A stretch of DNA of 64,000 bases, taken from an uncultured delta proteobacterium. Its GTDB lineage: Bacteria; Desulfobacterota; Desulfobacteria; Desulfobacterales; JAFDCJ01. Every line of letters begins with the position of its first letter. The first letter of the stretch is position 1. The translations under genes were made by a program, and so were the position numbers. The notes under the pieces were generated by a model that was given only the letters and a program-made list of their open reading frames with translations, ran no database searches and had not been told where the DNA came from. Location: contig CAVYNY010000016.1 in the NCBI GenBank assembly GCA_963769935.1, positions 64,001-128,000 of the forward strand, read 5' to 3'. Below are positions 9,255-18,808 of this stretch, piece after piece.

Positions 9255-11972
9255 ATGAAGAACAAACAGCCGAAGACAGACAAAAAAATAATCACGGTCC
9301 ACTTTTGGGATCAGATGGTATTGATCGGCATCGGACTCGCTCTTTTTTATACGATTTTTGATTCCGTATTATACATATTTTTATCCTATGATGTTGATTT
9401 TTTTAAGAGGCTTTTTGGACCGGATATCAGTGAAATCTGGACCCGCATTACCATTGCCTGTCTATTTCTTATCTTTGGTTCGCATGCCCAGTTTACCATC
9501 AACAAGCGCGCATTGGCCGAGGCGGCCTTGCGGGAAAGCGAAGAAAAATTTCGTACGATTATTGAAACCACTCCCGACGGGTATTTCGAGATGGACCTGA
9601 ATGGCAACTTTAGATTTTTCAATGACTCCATGTGTACGATTCTTGGCTATTCACGGCAAGAGATAACGACCATCAACCAGCAAGAATGGCTTGATGAAGC
9701 CAATTCGCAAAAGCTGAAGGATACATTCCATAAAGTACTTGAAAACCGGGAACCGGTGAAATCGGTGGGTTGGACGCTGATCAGCAAAGACGGTTCCCAG
9801 CGATATGTTGAATCATCGGTTTCATTGATTAACGATCCAAAGGGCAACCCGGAGGGATTTGGCGGCTTCATTAGAGACGTAACTCAGCGTCATCGGGCCG
9901 AATCTCTGTACCGGGCGAAAATGGCTGCGGAGGCCGCCAGTCGGACCAAAAGTGAATTTTTGGCAAGCATGAGCCATGAAATCCGCACACCGTTGAATGC
10001 CATTATCGGTCTGGTGGAACTCATGCTTAGCTCGGAGTTGCCTCCCAGTCAGCGGGAAGACCTGGATGTTGTCAAGTCCTCGGCATATTCACTGCTCTCC
10101 ATAATAAATAACATTCTTGATTTTTCGAAAATTGAGGCCGGTAAACTGGAATTTGAACAGTCCCCCTTCAGTCTCCGGCATTTTTTAGATGAATCCTTGA
10201 AAATCATGGGCATGAAATCACACGAGAAGGGGATCGAGCTGGCCTACCGCATAGCACCCGGCGTACCCGACCGCTTGCTGGGTGATCCGATACGCCTGCG
10301 TCAGGTTCTGCTCAATCTGGTCGACAATGCGATTAAATTTACGGCAAAAGGGGAAGTGGTGGTCTTGATCGCGGCCCAGTCCATTGCGGAATATGATGTG
10401 TATTTGCACATTTCCGTCGTTGATACGGGCATCGGAATTCCCAAAGATCAACAACGCAGCATCTTTGCCGCCTACAATCAGGGTGGTTCCGGAACGACTC
10501 GCCGGTACGGAGGCACCGGTCTGGGCCTGGCGGTTTCAGCACAGCTGGTAAGCTTGATGGGCGGCAGGATCAAGGTAAGAAGTCAACCCGGCCTCGGCAG
10601 CCGTTTTCGTTTCACCGCGCACTTTACGCGACAGCAAAACGGGCAATACCAACCGCAGGCACCACTTCAACCTGAAATAATCCATCCCGGACTGGCGGGT
10701 TTAAAAGTACTTATCGCCGATGATAATATTTCCAGCGGCAGGATCATAAAAGAAATTTTACAAAACAGCCGGATGATTCCCAGACTGGCCCCCGGTGCGC
10801 AGGAAACCATAGAAATTCTGTTGCAAGCGCAATCCGAGGCAACGCCGTTTGATCTAATTGTTCTGGATTCGGATATGCCCGCAACAGATGGATTTGCTTT
10901 GGCGAGCAGGATTATTGAGCAGAAAATTTCAGATGCGGGAATAATAATGATGCTGACCTTTCCGCATCTCAAACGCAAACCTGAACTTGAACATCTGGGA
11001 ATCACCGCCAGTATTGTCAAGCCCTTCGGACCTTTGGAACTGACAGACACAATCAAGCGTGCAGTGGGAATTGACAGGGTTGATTCTGAGCCTAAGGTAT
11101 ATACACCGCAACGAATAAGCCGGGTCCCCGTGCGCCCGCTGAAAGTTTTGGTGGCCGAAGACACGCCGTTTAACCAAAAATTCATCATGCGCCTGCTTGA
11201 GCGTTGGAATCATCGGGCGACTTTAGTTGAAAACGGAAGGCAGGCGCTTGAGACCTGGCAAAAGGAGTCCTTTGATCTTGTTTTAATGGATGTCCAAATG
11301 CCGGAGATGGATGGATTGACAGCCACTCAAGAAATCCGCAAGAGGGAGGCGGAAATATGCAATGGAAAAAATGCGCTGAATGCCCAGTGCGCCAAATTCA
11401 ATGAAAACGCCTCCCAGGAGCCAGCAGCTTTCAGCATCCGGAATCCGTCTTCCAGCACCGGGCAGCGGGTCCCAATCATTGCCATGACCGCCCATGCCTT
11501 GAAGGGTGATCGGGAACGATGTCTTGAAGCCGGCGTGGATGAATATATTTCCAAACCCATCGATTCGGATAAATTATTTGAAGCCATCGAAAATCTCACG
11601 AAAAAATCAATCGAAACCCAGGATGCCGCTGATAGTCTCGTAACCATCGACAAAGAAATTCTGCTAAAAGCCTTTGACGGCGACTGGAGTTTTCTTGAAG
11701 AAGTTGTGGAGGTCTTTTTAAGTGATTATCCGAGGCTAATGGATGAGCTTCGCAAGGCCGTAAAAGAAAGCGACGGCGACTTATTGATGCGGTCGGCCCA
11801 CAGTCTGAAAGGCATGTTGAAGAATTTTCAGGCCGATTCCGCCGCCGAGGCGGCGTTCGAACTTGAAATAAAGGGAAAATCGGAAGATTTTGATGGTGTG
11901 CAGGAAAATATTGAAGCTCTGCAGGATCGCATCGCCGAGGTTGATAAAGTGCTGCGAAAAATGATACAGTAG
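9255..11972 (+). CDS. Membrane hybrid sensor histidine kinase (2TM-PAS-HisKA-HATPase-REC-REC-HPt)
   Basis: [37 protein letters not shown], two receivers (LDSDMP, MDVQMP) and HPt AHSLKG. Start ATG 9255 preferred over TTG 9240. Confidence 0.92.
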   Translation: MKNKQPKTDKKIITVHFWDQMVLIGIGLALFYTIFDSVLYIFLSYDVDFFKRLFGPDISEIWTRITIACLFLIFGSHAQFTINKRALAEAALRESEEKFRTIIETTPDGYFEMDLNGNFRFFNDSMCTILGYSRQEITTINQQEWLDEANSQKLKDTFHKVLENREPVKSVGWTLISKDGSQRYVESSVSLINDPKGNPEGFGGFIRDVTQRHRAESLYRAKMAAEAASRTKSEFLASMSHEIRTPLNAIIGLVELMLSSELPPSQREDLDVVKSSAYSLLSIINNILDFSKIEAGKLEFEQSPFSLRHFLDESLKIMGMKSHEKGIELAYRIAPGVPDRLLGDPIRLRQVLLNLVDNAIKFTAKGEVVVLIAAQSIAEYDVYLHISVVDTGIGIPKDQQRSIFAAYNQGGSGTTRRYGGTGLGLAVSAQLVSLMGGRIKVRSQPGLGSRFRFTAHFTRQQNGQYQPQAPLQPEIIHPGLAGLKVLIADDNISSGRIIKEILQNSRMIPRLAPGAQETIEILLQAQSEATPFDLIVLDSDMPATDGFALASRIIEQKISDAGIIMMLTFPHLKRKPELEHLGITASIVKPFGPLELTDTIKRAVGIDRVDSEPKVYTPQRISRVPVRPLKVLVAEDTPFNQKFIMRLLERWNHRATLVENGRQALETWQKESFDLVLMDVQMPEMDGLTATQEIRKREAEICNGKNALNAQCAKFNENASQEPAAFSIRNPSSSTGQRVPIIAMTAHALKGDRERCLEAGVDEYISKPIDSDKLFEAIENLTKKSIETQDAADSLVTIDKEILLKAFDGDWSFLEEVVEVFLSDYPRLMDELRKAVKESDGDLLMRSAHSLKGMLKNFQADSAAEAAFELEIKGKSEDFDGVQENIEALQDRIAEVDKVLRKMIQ

Positions 11973-12077
11973 CAGTTCGGCTGGATTGGAGTTTGGCGCG
12001 GCAAGACGCGCAAGAGCATGAAAAGAAGTAAAGATGATATAATAACAACTCACTTCCTTTAATATGGAGTCTCATCG

Positions 12078-13965
12078 ATGAGAAAAAAGATCCTTGTGGT
12101 TGATGATGATCGGGTCATGTTAAAATTTATTACCAAGTTGCTCACACGCGAAGGTCACGAGGTGCTTACGGCCGAGGACGGATTTGCCGCCTTGAATCTG
12201 CTGGCCACCTTTTCGCCCGATATAATGTTCTTTGACCTCATCATGCCCAAGATTGACGGGGGCAAGTTGATTAAGATCGTTCGCAGCATGCCGCAGCTAA
12301 AAAGTTGTTATTTGGTCATTATCTCCGCTGCCGTCGCCGAAATCGATTTCGATTTCGAGGAGACCGGCGCCGACTCTTACATTGCCAAAGGTCCGTTCAG
12401 CTCGATGGCCGAACACATCAAGGCCGCTATCGAAGTATCTGATGCACCACCGGATAAGGACGAGTCAAAACCCATTCGGGGGCTGGAAAGCGTTTATGCC
12501 CGCCAATTAACCAAGGAGCTGCTTTCACGCAATCGGCACCTTGAAACCATTTTAGAAAGCATGGCGGAGGGAATTTCTAGAAGTTTATTCGGATAAAATC
12601 GTCTATGCCAATGGTGTTGCCATTTCTGCCCTGGGTCTTCCACTGGAGAAAATATTGGCGGCCTATCCGCCCGATTTGTTCAGCCGGAGCATCGGACAAC
12701 GGCTGGATAAAATACTGCAGTCCAAGTCCGATGAACCAGCTGCCATCGGTGAAAAATTGCCGGTAGACTTAAACGGCAGGCAAATCACCCTTAAAATCCT
12801 GCCGGTAAGAGGAGAGCCGTCCACGGCCATCATCATGCTCACGGATGTGACCGAGCGCAAACAACTGGAAATGCAGCTGCAGCATATTCAGAAGATGGAG
12901 GCGATCGGAACGATTGCCGCCGGGGTGGCCCACAACTTCCGCAACACCCTTACCGAAATTCTGGTAAACAGTCAGCTGATTCAAATGAACTATGAAGACC
13001 AATCCGGCCTGCATAGTGTGGCTGATCGAATCAACACCTCCGTGAGAAGGGGAGCCAGGCTGGTTGATGGATTGCTCCAGTTTTCCCGCAAACAGATCAA
13101 AGAAGAGTTTAAATTAATCGATCTGGTTCGCGTTATCAATGAGGTTTATCAGATCATCCAAAAATCGTTCGATCAAAAAATTACCATTCAAACCGAACTG
13201 CCGAACCATCTGCCGATCATGGGGGATTCTACCAGCCTTAGCCAAGCCCTGATGAACCTCTGCACGAATGCCCGGGATGCTATGCCGGATGGCGGCAAAC
13301 TAACCTTGAGGGCCGTCCGGGAAGGCAAACGAATCCTGGTGACAATCTCCGATACCGGCCAGGGAATGGATAAGGAATCTGCCGAAAAATGCTTTGATCC
13401 GTTTTTCACGACCAAGCCGATCGGCAAAGGAACCGGTCTGGGACTTTCCACCACTTACGGGATTATCAAAAGCCACGAGGGATTAATCAGCGTCGCATCC
13501 CAGTCCAATCAAGGTACTACATTTAAAATGCATTTTCCGGCGGCAGCAGCTGAAGAACGACGCCCGGCCCATGTCAAGCCGACCATCGTCCGCGGCAACG
13601 GCCAACGGGTGCTGGTAGTGGATGATGAACCCGAGATCCTCAAAGCCATGGAAGGGTTGCTCCAATATCTGGGTTACCAGGCAGACTTTGCTTCAAGCGG
13701 TAAAGAAGGTTTGGAAAAATATCTGCAGCGCAGACCCGATGCGGTTTTGATGGATATTAACATGCCCGAAATGGACGGTGTCGCCTGCATTGAAGCATTA
13801 TTGAATCATGACCCCCACGCCAACATTTCGATAATATCCGGCTATGAGATGGAGGGCATCAACGGCTTGAGCAAACAGACCAAAGATTGCATCAAAGATT
13901 ATCTGGCGAAACCCGTAGGACTGGGCGATTTGAGTGCTTTGCTGGCCAGGATGTTGAAAAATTAG
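12078..13965 (+). pseudogene. Cytoplasmic hybrid kinase (REC-PAS-HisKA-HATPase-REC) split by a +1 frameshift at about 12575
   Basis: Removing one T from GGAATTTCTAG gives ESMAEGILEVYSDKIVYAN (PAS start), in frame with 12655..13965 (AHNFRN, NARDAM, GTGLGL, REC). About 628 aa restored. Confidence 0.82.
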
Positions 13966-14110
13966 GCGCTTAACCAAGCGATCGACAATTCATCGTCGAT
14001 GTTGACGAGTGCTCTGATTTAAACGACTTTACCATAAACTTGCTGCCCCGCTGGGGCCACTTCTACCGCACACAGTCTCGGTCGAAGCTCAGATACTAAG
14101 GCGTTTAATT

Positions 14111-14980
14111 ATGCACTATGAAGGCAACATTATCAGACCTCCCAGCGAAGCCGGCAGCATTTTGCTGCAGGTGACGGTGGGATGCTCGCGCAACAAATGC
14201 ACCTTTTGCGGAACCTACACGGGAGAGCGATTCCGCATTAAACCGGATTCGATCATCATGGAGGATATCGAGTTTGCCGCCCGCTACTGTGGTCGACAAC
14301 GGCGTGTATTTCTCTGCGATGGGGATGCCTTGATTATTCCGCAAAAAAGGCTGTTGAAAATCCTTCAGGCCATTCAGGAGCGGCTTCCGTGGGTCACCCG
14401 GGTAGGAGTGTATGCGAATGCAAAAAGTCTGAAAATGAAAACCCTTGAGGAGCTTAAGACGCTGAAAACACATGGACTGGGGATCGCCTATATGGGGCTT
14501 GAAACCGGCGATGACCTCACTTTGAAAAAAATCAACAAGGGCGCCGCCGCCAAGGATATGATCGCAATGGGCAAAAAAGCCAGAGCAGCCGGCATCAAAC
14601 TCTCGATCACGGTTCTCCTAGGGATTGCGGGCCGGGACCGCTCCCGCATCCATGCCGCAGAGACCGGCCGGGTGCTTTCAGCCATCGATCCGGAATACGT
14701 GGGCGCTTTGAGTCTCATGCTCATTCCCGGCACCCCGCTTTTTGATGATTATGAAGCCGGCGAATTCCCTCTGATAGAACCGCATGAGATGCTGGCGGAA
14801 TTAAGAATGATGATTGCCTGCACGAGCCTTTCAAGGGGGCTTTTCCACGCCAACCACGCATCCAATTATCTGCCCATCAGAGCCCGATTGCCGAGGGATA
14901 AAGAGGCCGTCTTAAAACTGATTGACGAGGCCCTGGCGGGCAAAATTCCCCTCAAACCGGAATATATGCGGGCGCTCTAA
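14111..14980 (+). CDS. Radical SAM protein
   Basis: CSRNKCTFC (CxxxCxxC) motif, YMGLETG, ANHASNY. Confidence 0.88.
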   Translation: MHYEGNIIRPPSEAGSILLQVTVGCSRNKCTFCGTYTGERFRIKPDSIIMEDIEFAARYCGRQRRVFLCDGDALIIPQKRLLKILQAIQERLPWVTRVGVYANAKSLKMKTLEELKTLKTHGLGIAYMGLETGDDLTLKKINKGAAAKDMIAMGKKARAAGIKLSITVLLGIAGRDRSRIHAAETGRVLSAIDPEYVGALSLMLIPGTPLFDDYEAGEFPLIEPHEMLAELRMMIACTSLSRGLFHANHASNYLPIRARLPRDKEAVLKLIDEALAGKIPLKPEYMRAL

Positions 14981-15063
14981 TTCTATTTTGTCCATACTTA
15001 TCTTGGCATCAAAATCCTCTTATCGCATTTGCTAATACATCAATAATAATAATGAGGTGATTT

Positions 15064-16194
15064 TTGAAATACATTTTAGGCTTTTTAATAATTGCAGCGA
15101 TGAGCGCCGGCGCCATTCTCAGTGAGGGTTCTGCAATAGCGCAACCTGCCGAATTCCCCCCCTTGATGGATCATTTACGCATCAGCGGTCCGCTGGATTT
15201 TTGCGGGGAAACCGTCGAGGTGGAAATTCAGGATGTGCGGGAACGGCTCGAAAAGGAATTGCTTCTCATGTTGTGGGATCGCCCCCAGGTCGTGCTGTGG
15301 ATTAAACGGTCCCGCCGCTATTTGCCGATCATTGAAAAAATGCTGCAGGACAACAACATGCCGCAAGACCTAAAGTATATTGCGATTATTGAAAGCGCCT
15401 TGAGGCCCCATGCCGGCTCTGGACAGGGGGCCATTGGATTCTGGCAATTTCTGGAATCCACCGGCCGCAAATACGGTCTGACCATCGATGCCGCTAAGGA
15501 TGACCGTCGCAACATATTTAAATCGACCGAGGCGGCAATCACTTATTTCAAGGAACTGTATGAACTCCTGGGGTCCTGGACGCTTTCAGCGGCAGCCTAC
15601 AATATGGGGGAACAGGGTCTGCTATCGGAAATGCTGGCTCAAAACACCGATAATTATTATCATTTGTATCTGCCCCTGGAAACCCAGCGTTATGTGCTGC
15701 GGGCCATTTCCGCCAAAATCATTCTAACCGCTCCTGAAGCCTACGGTTTTCGATTTACCCAAGCCGATCTGTATCCGCCCCTGCAATTTGATCGTATCCG
15801 GCTGGAGTGTTTTCAGGAAACACCGATTTCAATCGTCGCCCAGGCAGCAGATACCTACTTTAAAATGATCAAGGATTTAAATCCCGAAATCAGAGGACAC
15901 TATTTGGCTGCCGGCAGTCATTGGCTCCTGGTTCCCCCGGGAGCGGCAAGCGGCTTTCAGGCGCGCTTTAAGAAACTCGTCGATCAGTGGACGGCTGAAA
16001 ACCGCGAGCGAATCTATGTCGTCAGGCAAGGGGATAATCTATCCACCATCGCAGAGCGTTTCAATGTTCCCCTGCCGGCATTGATCATCTGGAATCGGCT
16101 GGAGAATAAAAAGCACATCCATCCCGGAGACCGGTTGGTGATATATTCGGTTGAAATCGAGACTCCGGAGGGGGAGCCGGAGAATGAGGAATGA
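15064..16194 (+). CDS. MltD-like lytic transglycosylase (SLT and LysM)
   Basis: Signal peptide, IAIIES, AIGFWQF, AAAYNMGE, ETQRYV, and C-terminal LysM YVVRQGDNLSTIAERF. Confidence 0.88.
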   Translation: MKYILGFLIIAAMSAGAILSEGSAIAQPAEFPPLMDHLRISGPLDFCGETVEVEIQDVRERLEKELLLMLWDRPQVVLWIKRSRRYLPIIEKMLQDNNMPQDLKYIAIIESALRPHAGSGQGAIGFWQFLESTGRKYGLTIDAAKDDRRNIFKSTEAAITYFKELYELLGSWTLSAAAYNMGEQGLLSEMLAQNTDNYYHLYLPLETQRYVLRAISAKIILTAPEAYGFRFTQADLYPPLQFDRIRLECFQETPISIVAQAADTYFKMIKDLNPEIRGHYLAAGSHWLLVPPGAASGFQARFKKLVDQWTAENRERIYVVRQGDNLSTIAERFNVPLPALIIWNRLENKKHIHPGDRLVIYSVEIETPEGEPENEE

Positions 16195-16207
16195 CGGATG
16201 TTGAATT

Positions 16208-16516
16208 CTATTGCGGTAAAACGATCTTCCGTTTTGCGGGATCGCCGTGCGGTTTGTAAAAAATTGCAGTATGCCCGATCATGCCGGCCATCCGGCTGCC
16301 TGTTTTTTTCTCGAGGGCGGCTGCAATCTCTATTTTCTGTTCCTTCTCCTTGAAGTCAATGAATTTAATCTTGATGAGTTCATGACGGTGAAAGGCTTCG
16401 CCGGCAGATTTGATCAAGGCCTCTGTCAGCCCCTTTTGTCCGACAAACACAACTGGTTTAAATGCGTGGGCCAGGCCTCTTAAGTATTTTGCCTGGGAAC
16501 TGGTAAGTGCTTTCAT
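16208..16516 (-). CDS. yhbY: YhbY/CRM-domain RNA-binding protein
   Basis: LRGLAHAFKPVVFVGQKGL, HELIKIK, IGHTAIFYK. ATG 16516 follows GGGGG. Confidence 0.88.
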   Translation of the reverse strand: MKALTSSQAKYLRGLAHAFKPVVFVGQKGLTEALIKSAGEAFHRHELIKIKFIDFKEKEQKIEIAAALEKKTGSRMAGMIGHTAIFYKPHGDPAKRKIVLPQ

Positions 16517-16733
16517 ATGGCCCCCATAAGGATAATTTTTCAATGCGCAAACTCCTATCATTTTGGCACTGTGAAATCAACATAAACAGGCTGAAGGGAG
16601 TTGAAGCTTTGAAAAATTGTTTTATAATTAAATTTCAAATATCGAACCCGGTCCGCCCAGGCCGCGTGGCTGGATACCCTTATCCGAATTGAAGCGTATT
16701 ACAGTAAAGAATCCTGTCCCAGCTTCCTGCCCC

Positions 16734-16813
16734 GCTTCCAGCCCGTAGGGCTTACAGGCCGGAGGGTAGGCCTACAGCCCGGCTTCCGGCTCGTAGAGCC
16801 TGCAGCTCGGAGA
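16734..16813. repeat. REP-like direct repeats with GTAG/CTAC palindromic core
   Basis: gcttccagcccgtagggcttacaggccggagg and gcttccggctcgtagagcctgcagctcggaga, plus a partial unit between them. Confidence 0.6.
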
Positions 16814-16901
16814 GAGGGAGGGTCAGGCTTTGACTTTACCCCGGAGAGGTGGCCGTAGCCGTCAGTTAACCGATGGAATAATGATACCAGGAGAATCAGA
16901 T

Positions 16902-17246
16902 ATGAACCTTGAAAGTTATCCTCAGGAGGCTGCAAAATTTCAGATCGAAGCCTATAAAAAGCCGAGAGACCTGCATCTTTTGAGAAAAGACCATGTGCCT
17001 TTTACAGGCTCTCCGAGAAAACACCCCTATGATTCCGATAAGGTTATATTGATTGCCGACCCGTTCAGTTCGAATAACCTTTATTATGAATTCAATAAGG
17101 ACGACATATCCTACGTGGAAGAGCTTCCCAACCTGGTAAACCTGGATGGTGAAACCATTGCGGTGGTGAGGGTTTGGGTGAAAAAATTGAGCGTGGGAAT
17201 TCGATGCACGCCTTTCATTGTTGAGGACACCCGGCTGCAGGTATAG
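16902..17246 (+). CDS. Hypothetical protein
   Basis: AGGAG RBS before ATG 16902. 114 aa with FTGSPRKHPYD and ILIADPF. No catalytic motif recognised. Confidence 0.7.
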   Translation: MNLESYPQEAAKFQIEAYKKPRDLHLLRKDHVPFTGSPRKHPYDSDKVILIADPFSSNNLYYEFNKDDISYVEELPNLVNLDGETIAVVRVWVKKLSVGIRCTPFIVEDTRLQV

Positions 17247-17261
17247 AAGGGGAATATCTTT

Positions 17262-17831
17262 TCAGGTTAAACCGGCCGCTTCGAACATCTTTTTAATTCC
17301 CGGTTTATTGGCGAACATCTCCTCGCGGGTGAGGCCGTCCAGTTCGTGGGGGAATATCAGCCACCGGTCGGTTTCGTGAACATAATAATCCGGAATAATG
17401 TCGGTCGTATTTTTTGCCGGTTTATACCAGGGAGTAGCGACGCGGATATCGCGGGGCAGATTGCGCCGCATCTTTCTTTGAAGGGTTGCGATGATGGCTT
17501 TAACGCTGCTGCCGCTGTCAAATACGTCGTCTACGATCAGCAGTTCATCTTCCCAATTCGCATTCTGGATGACATACTCCAGTCCGTGCACCCGGACATG
17601 TTTGTCTCTTTTGTCGATTCCGAAATAAGCCGATGTCCGAATGGCGATATGATCGGAGTTAACGCCTAAATAGAACAGTATCTCCTGGACCGCAATTCCC
17701 ACCGGCGTGCCGCCGCGCCAGACACCGATAATAAAGCTGGGCCGGAACCCGCTTTTGAAAATACGGAGGCCGAGCTCAAAAGAATCATTCAGCAATTCCT
17801 GGGCGGAAATGTAAATTTTTTCTTCCATCAT
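17262..17831 (-). CDS. Type I phosphoribosyltransferase (purine salvage, Gpt/Hpt-like)
   Basis: GVWRGG, PRPP-binding LLIVDDVFDSGSS, WLIFPHE. Confidence 0.88.
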   Translation of the reverse strand: MMEEKIYISAQELLNDSFELGLRIFKSGFRPSFIIGVWRGGTPVGIAVQEILFYLGVNSDHIAIRTSAYFGIDKRDKHVRVHGLEYVIQNANWEDELLIVDDVFDSGSSVKAIIATLQRKMRRNLPRDIRVATPWYKPAKNTTDIIPDYYVHETDRWLIFPHELDGLTREEMFANKPGIKKMFEAAGLT

Positions 17832-17863
17832 CGGGCAAATGACTCCGCTTTTTTCGTGAACCC

Positions 17864-18514
17864 TTAGTGGAGAGTCGGGGTGTCATCATCATTATCATAC
17901 TCATCATCATCGTCGTCGTCCCGGAACTCACCGGCCATAGCCAGGGCTTCGTAGACGGCATCTACGATTTCCTCGTCTTCGGAATCCAGCAGGGGGCTGA
18001 GGATCTCGGCGGCCTCCTGCGGGCGGATGAGGGCCGCCGACTCAATGGCGGCAAAAAGCAGGTATTTTTCAGTTTCCCCGGACGTGACAAAGGCTGCGAT
18101 GCACGGCCACGCTGCATCGATTTCCCAGTTGCCTGCCCCGCAAACGGCTTCGTAGAGAATGTCCGGATCCTCGCTTGACAGTGATTCGAGGATCTGTTTA
18201 TCGAATCCGCGGAGAAACTGCATGCAAAAAACTGCGGTCAGTTTCCAGGCGTCATTATCGCGGGTGTAGGCATCACGCACGGCATTTTGGTGCCAGTCCT
18301 GCGGCGCGCGTACCGAGGCTTCCAGGATCCGGCGCCGCACCAGCTTCGGCACAGTTTCATCCAGGTGCAGCTTGTAAAGCGTCTCCTGGATTTTATGGAA
18401 CATCGGTTCGGTAATCGGAACCTCTGCCGGATCTTCGAAATCTTCTATGAACGCATATTCCAGGGCAGGTCCCAACGAGATAGCCGCCTGACCGCGGAGA
18501 TCATCCGGTGATTT
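17864..18514 (-). pseudogene. HEAT-repeat protein, apparently 5'-truncated
   Basis: HEAT-like repeats and an acidic tail. The frame continues upstream of TTG 18475 as KSPDDLRGQAAISLG to a TAA at 18515-18517, with no ATG or RBS. Confidence 0.55.
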
Positions 18515-18676
18515 TTAAACTTCGAATCTTAGCTCGCATCGGCCGATCGACGAGTTGGACCAAAATATTTTGATTGTGTATCGCAGATTTTGCCTCAAAA
18601 AGCAATACCTGTCTTTTATCCAATAATATGAAAAGCAGGCCTATCATATTTTTCAGTTGACCGTAAGCTGCGATAG

Positions 18677-18692
18677 TGGCACAGAGAAAGCT
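18677..18692 (+). promoter_or_regulatory. Possible sigma-54 promoter for the APC permease
   Basis: TGGCACAGAGAAAGCT has GG/GC at correct spacing, but the -12 element is weak. Confidence 0.35.
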
Positions 18693-18808
18693 GCTCAGTC
18701 CGCAAATGACCAGTCCGGCGGCGGAACCTCGCTAAAAAATCTTGAAGAGTATGAAGCAACCATTTTATAGGTAATGCCAATTTGCCCAAGTCTGGAAGGA
18801 ATCCCGTA

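Noticed and set aside
11991..12010. Sigma-54-like TGGCGC...GC upstream of the second kinase (similar case at 7372)
   Set aside because: GG-to-GC spacing is off by one, which sigma-54 does not tolerate.
16902..17246. Possible inorganic pyrophosphatase label for this small protein
   Set aside because: Neither the family I DxDxxD nor the family II DHH motif is visible, so it is left as hypothetical.
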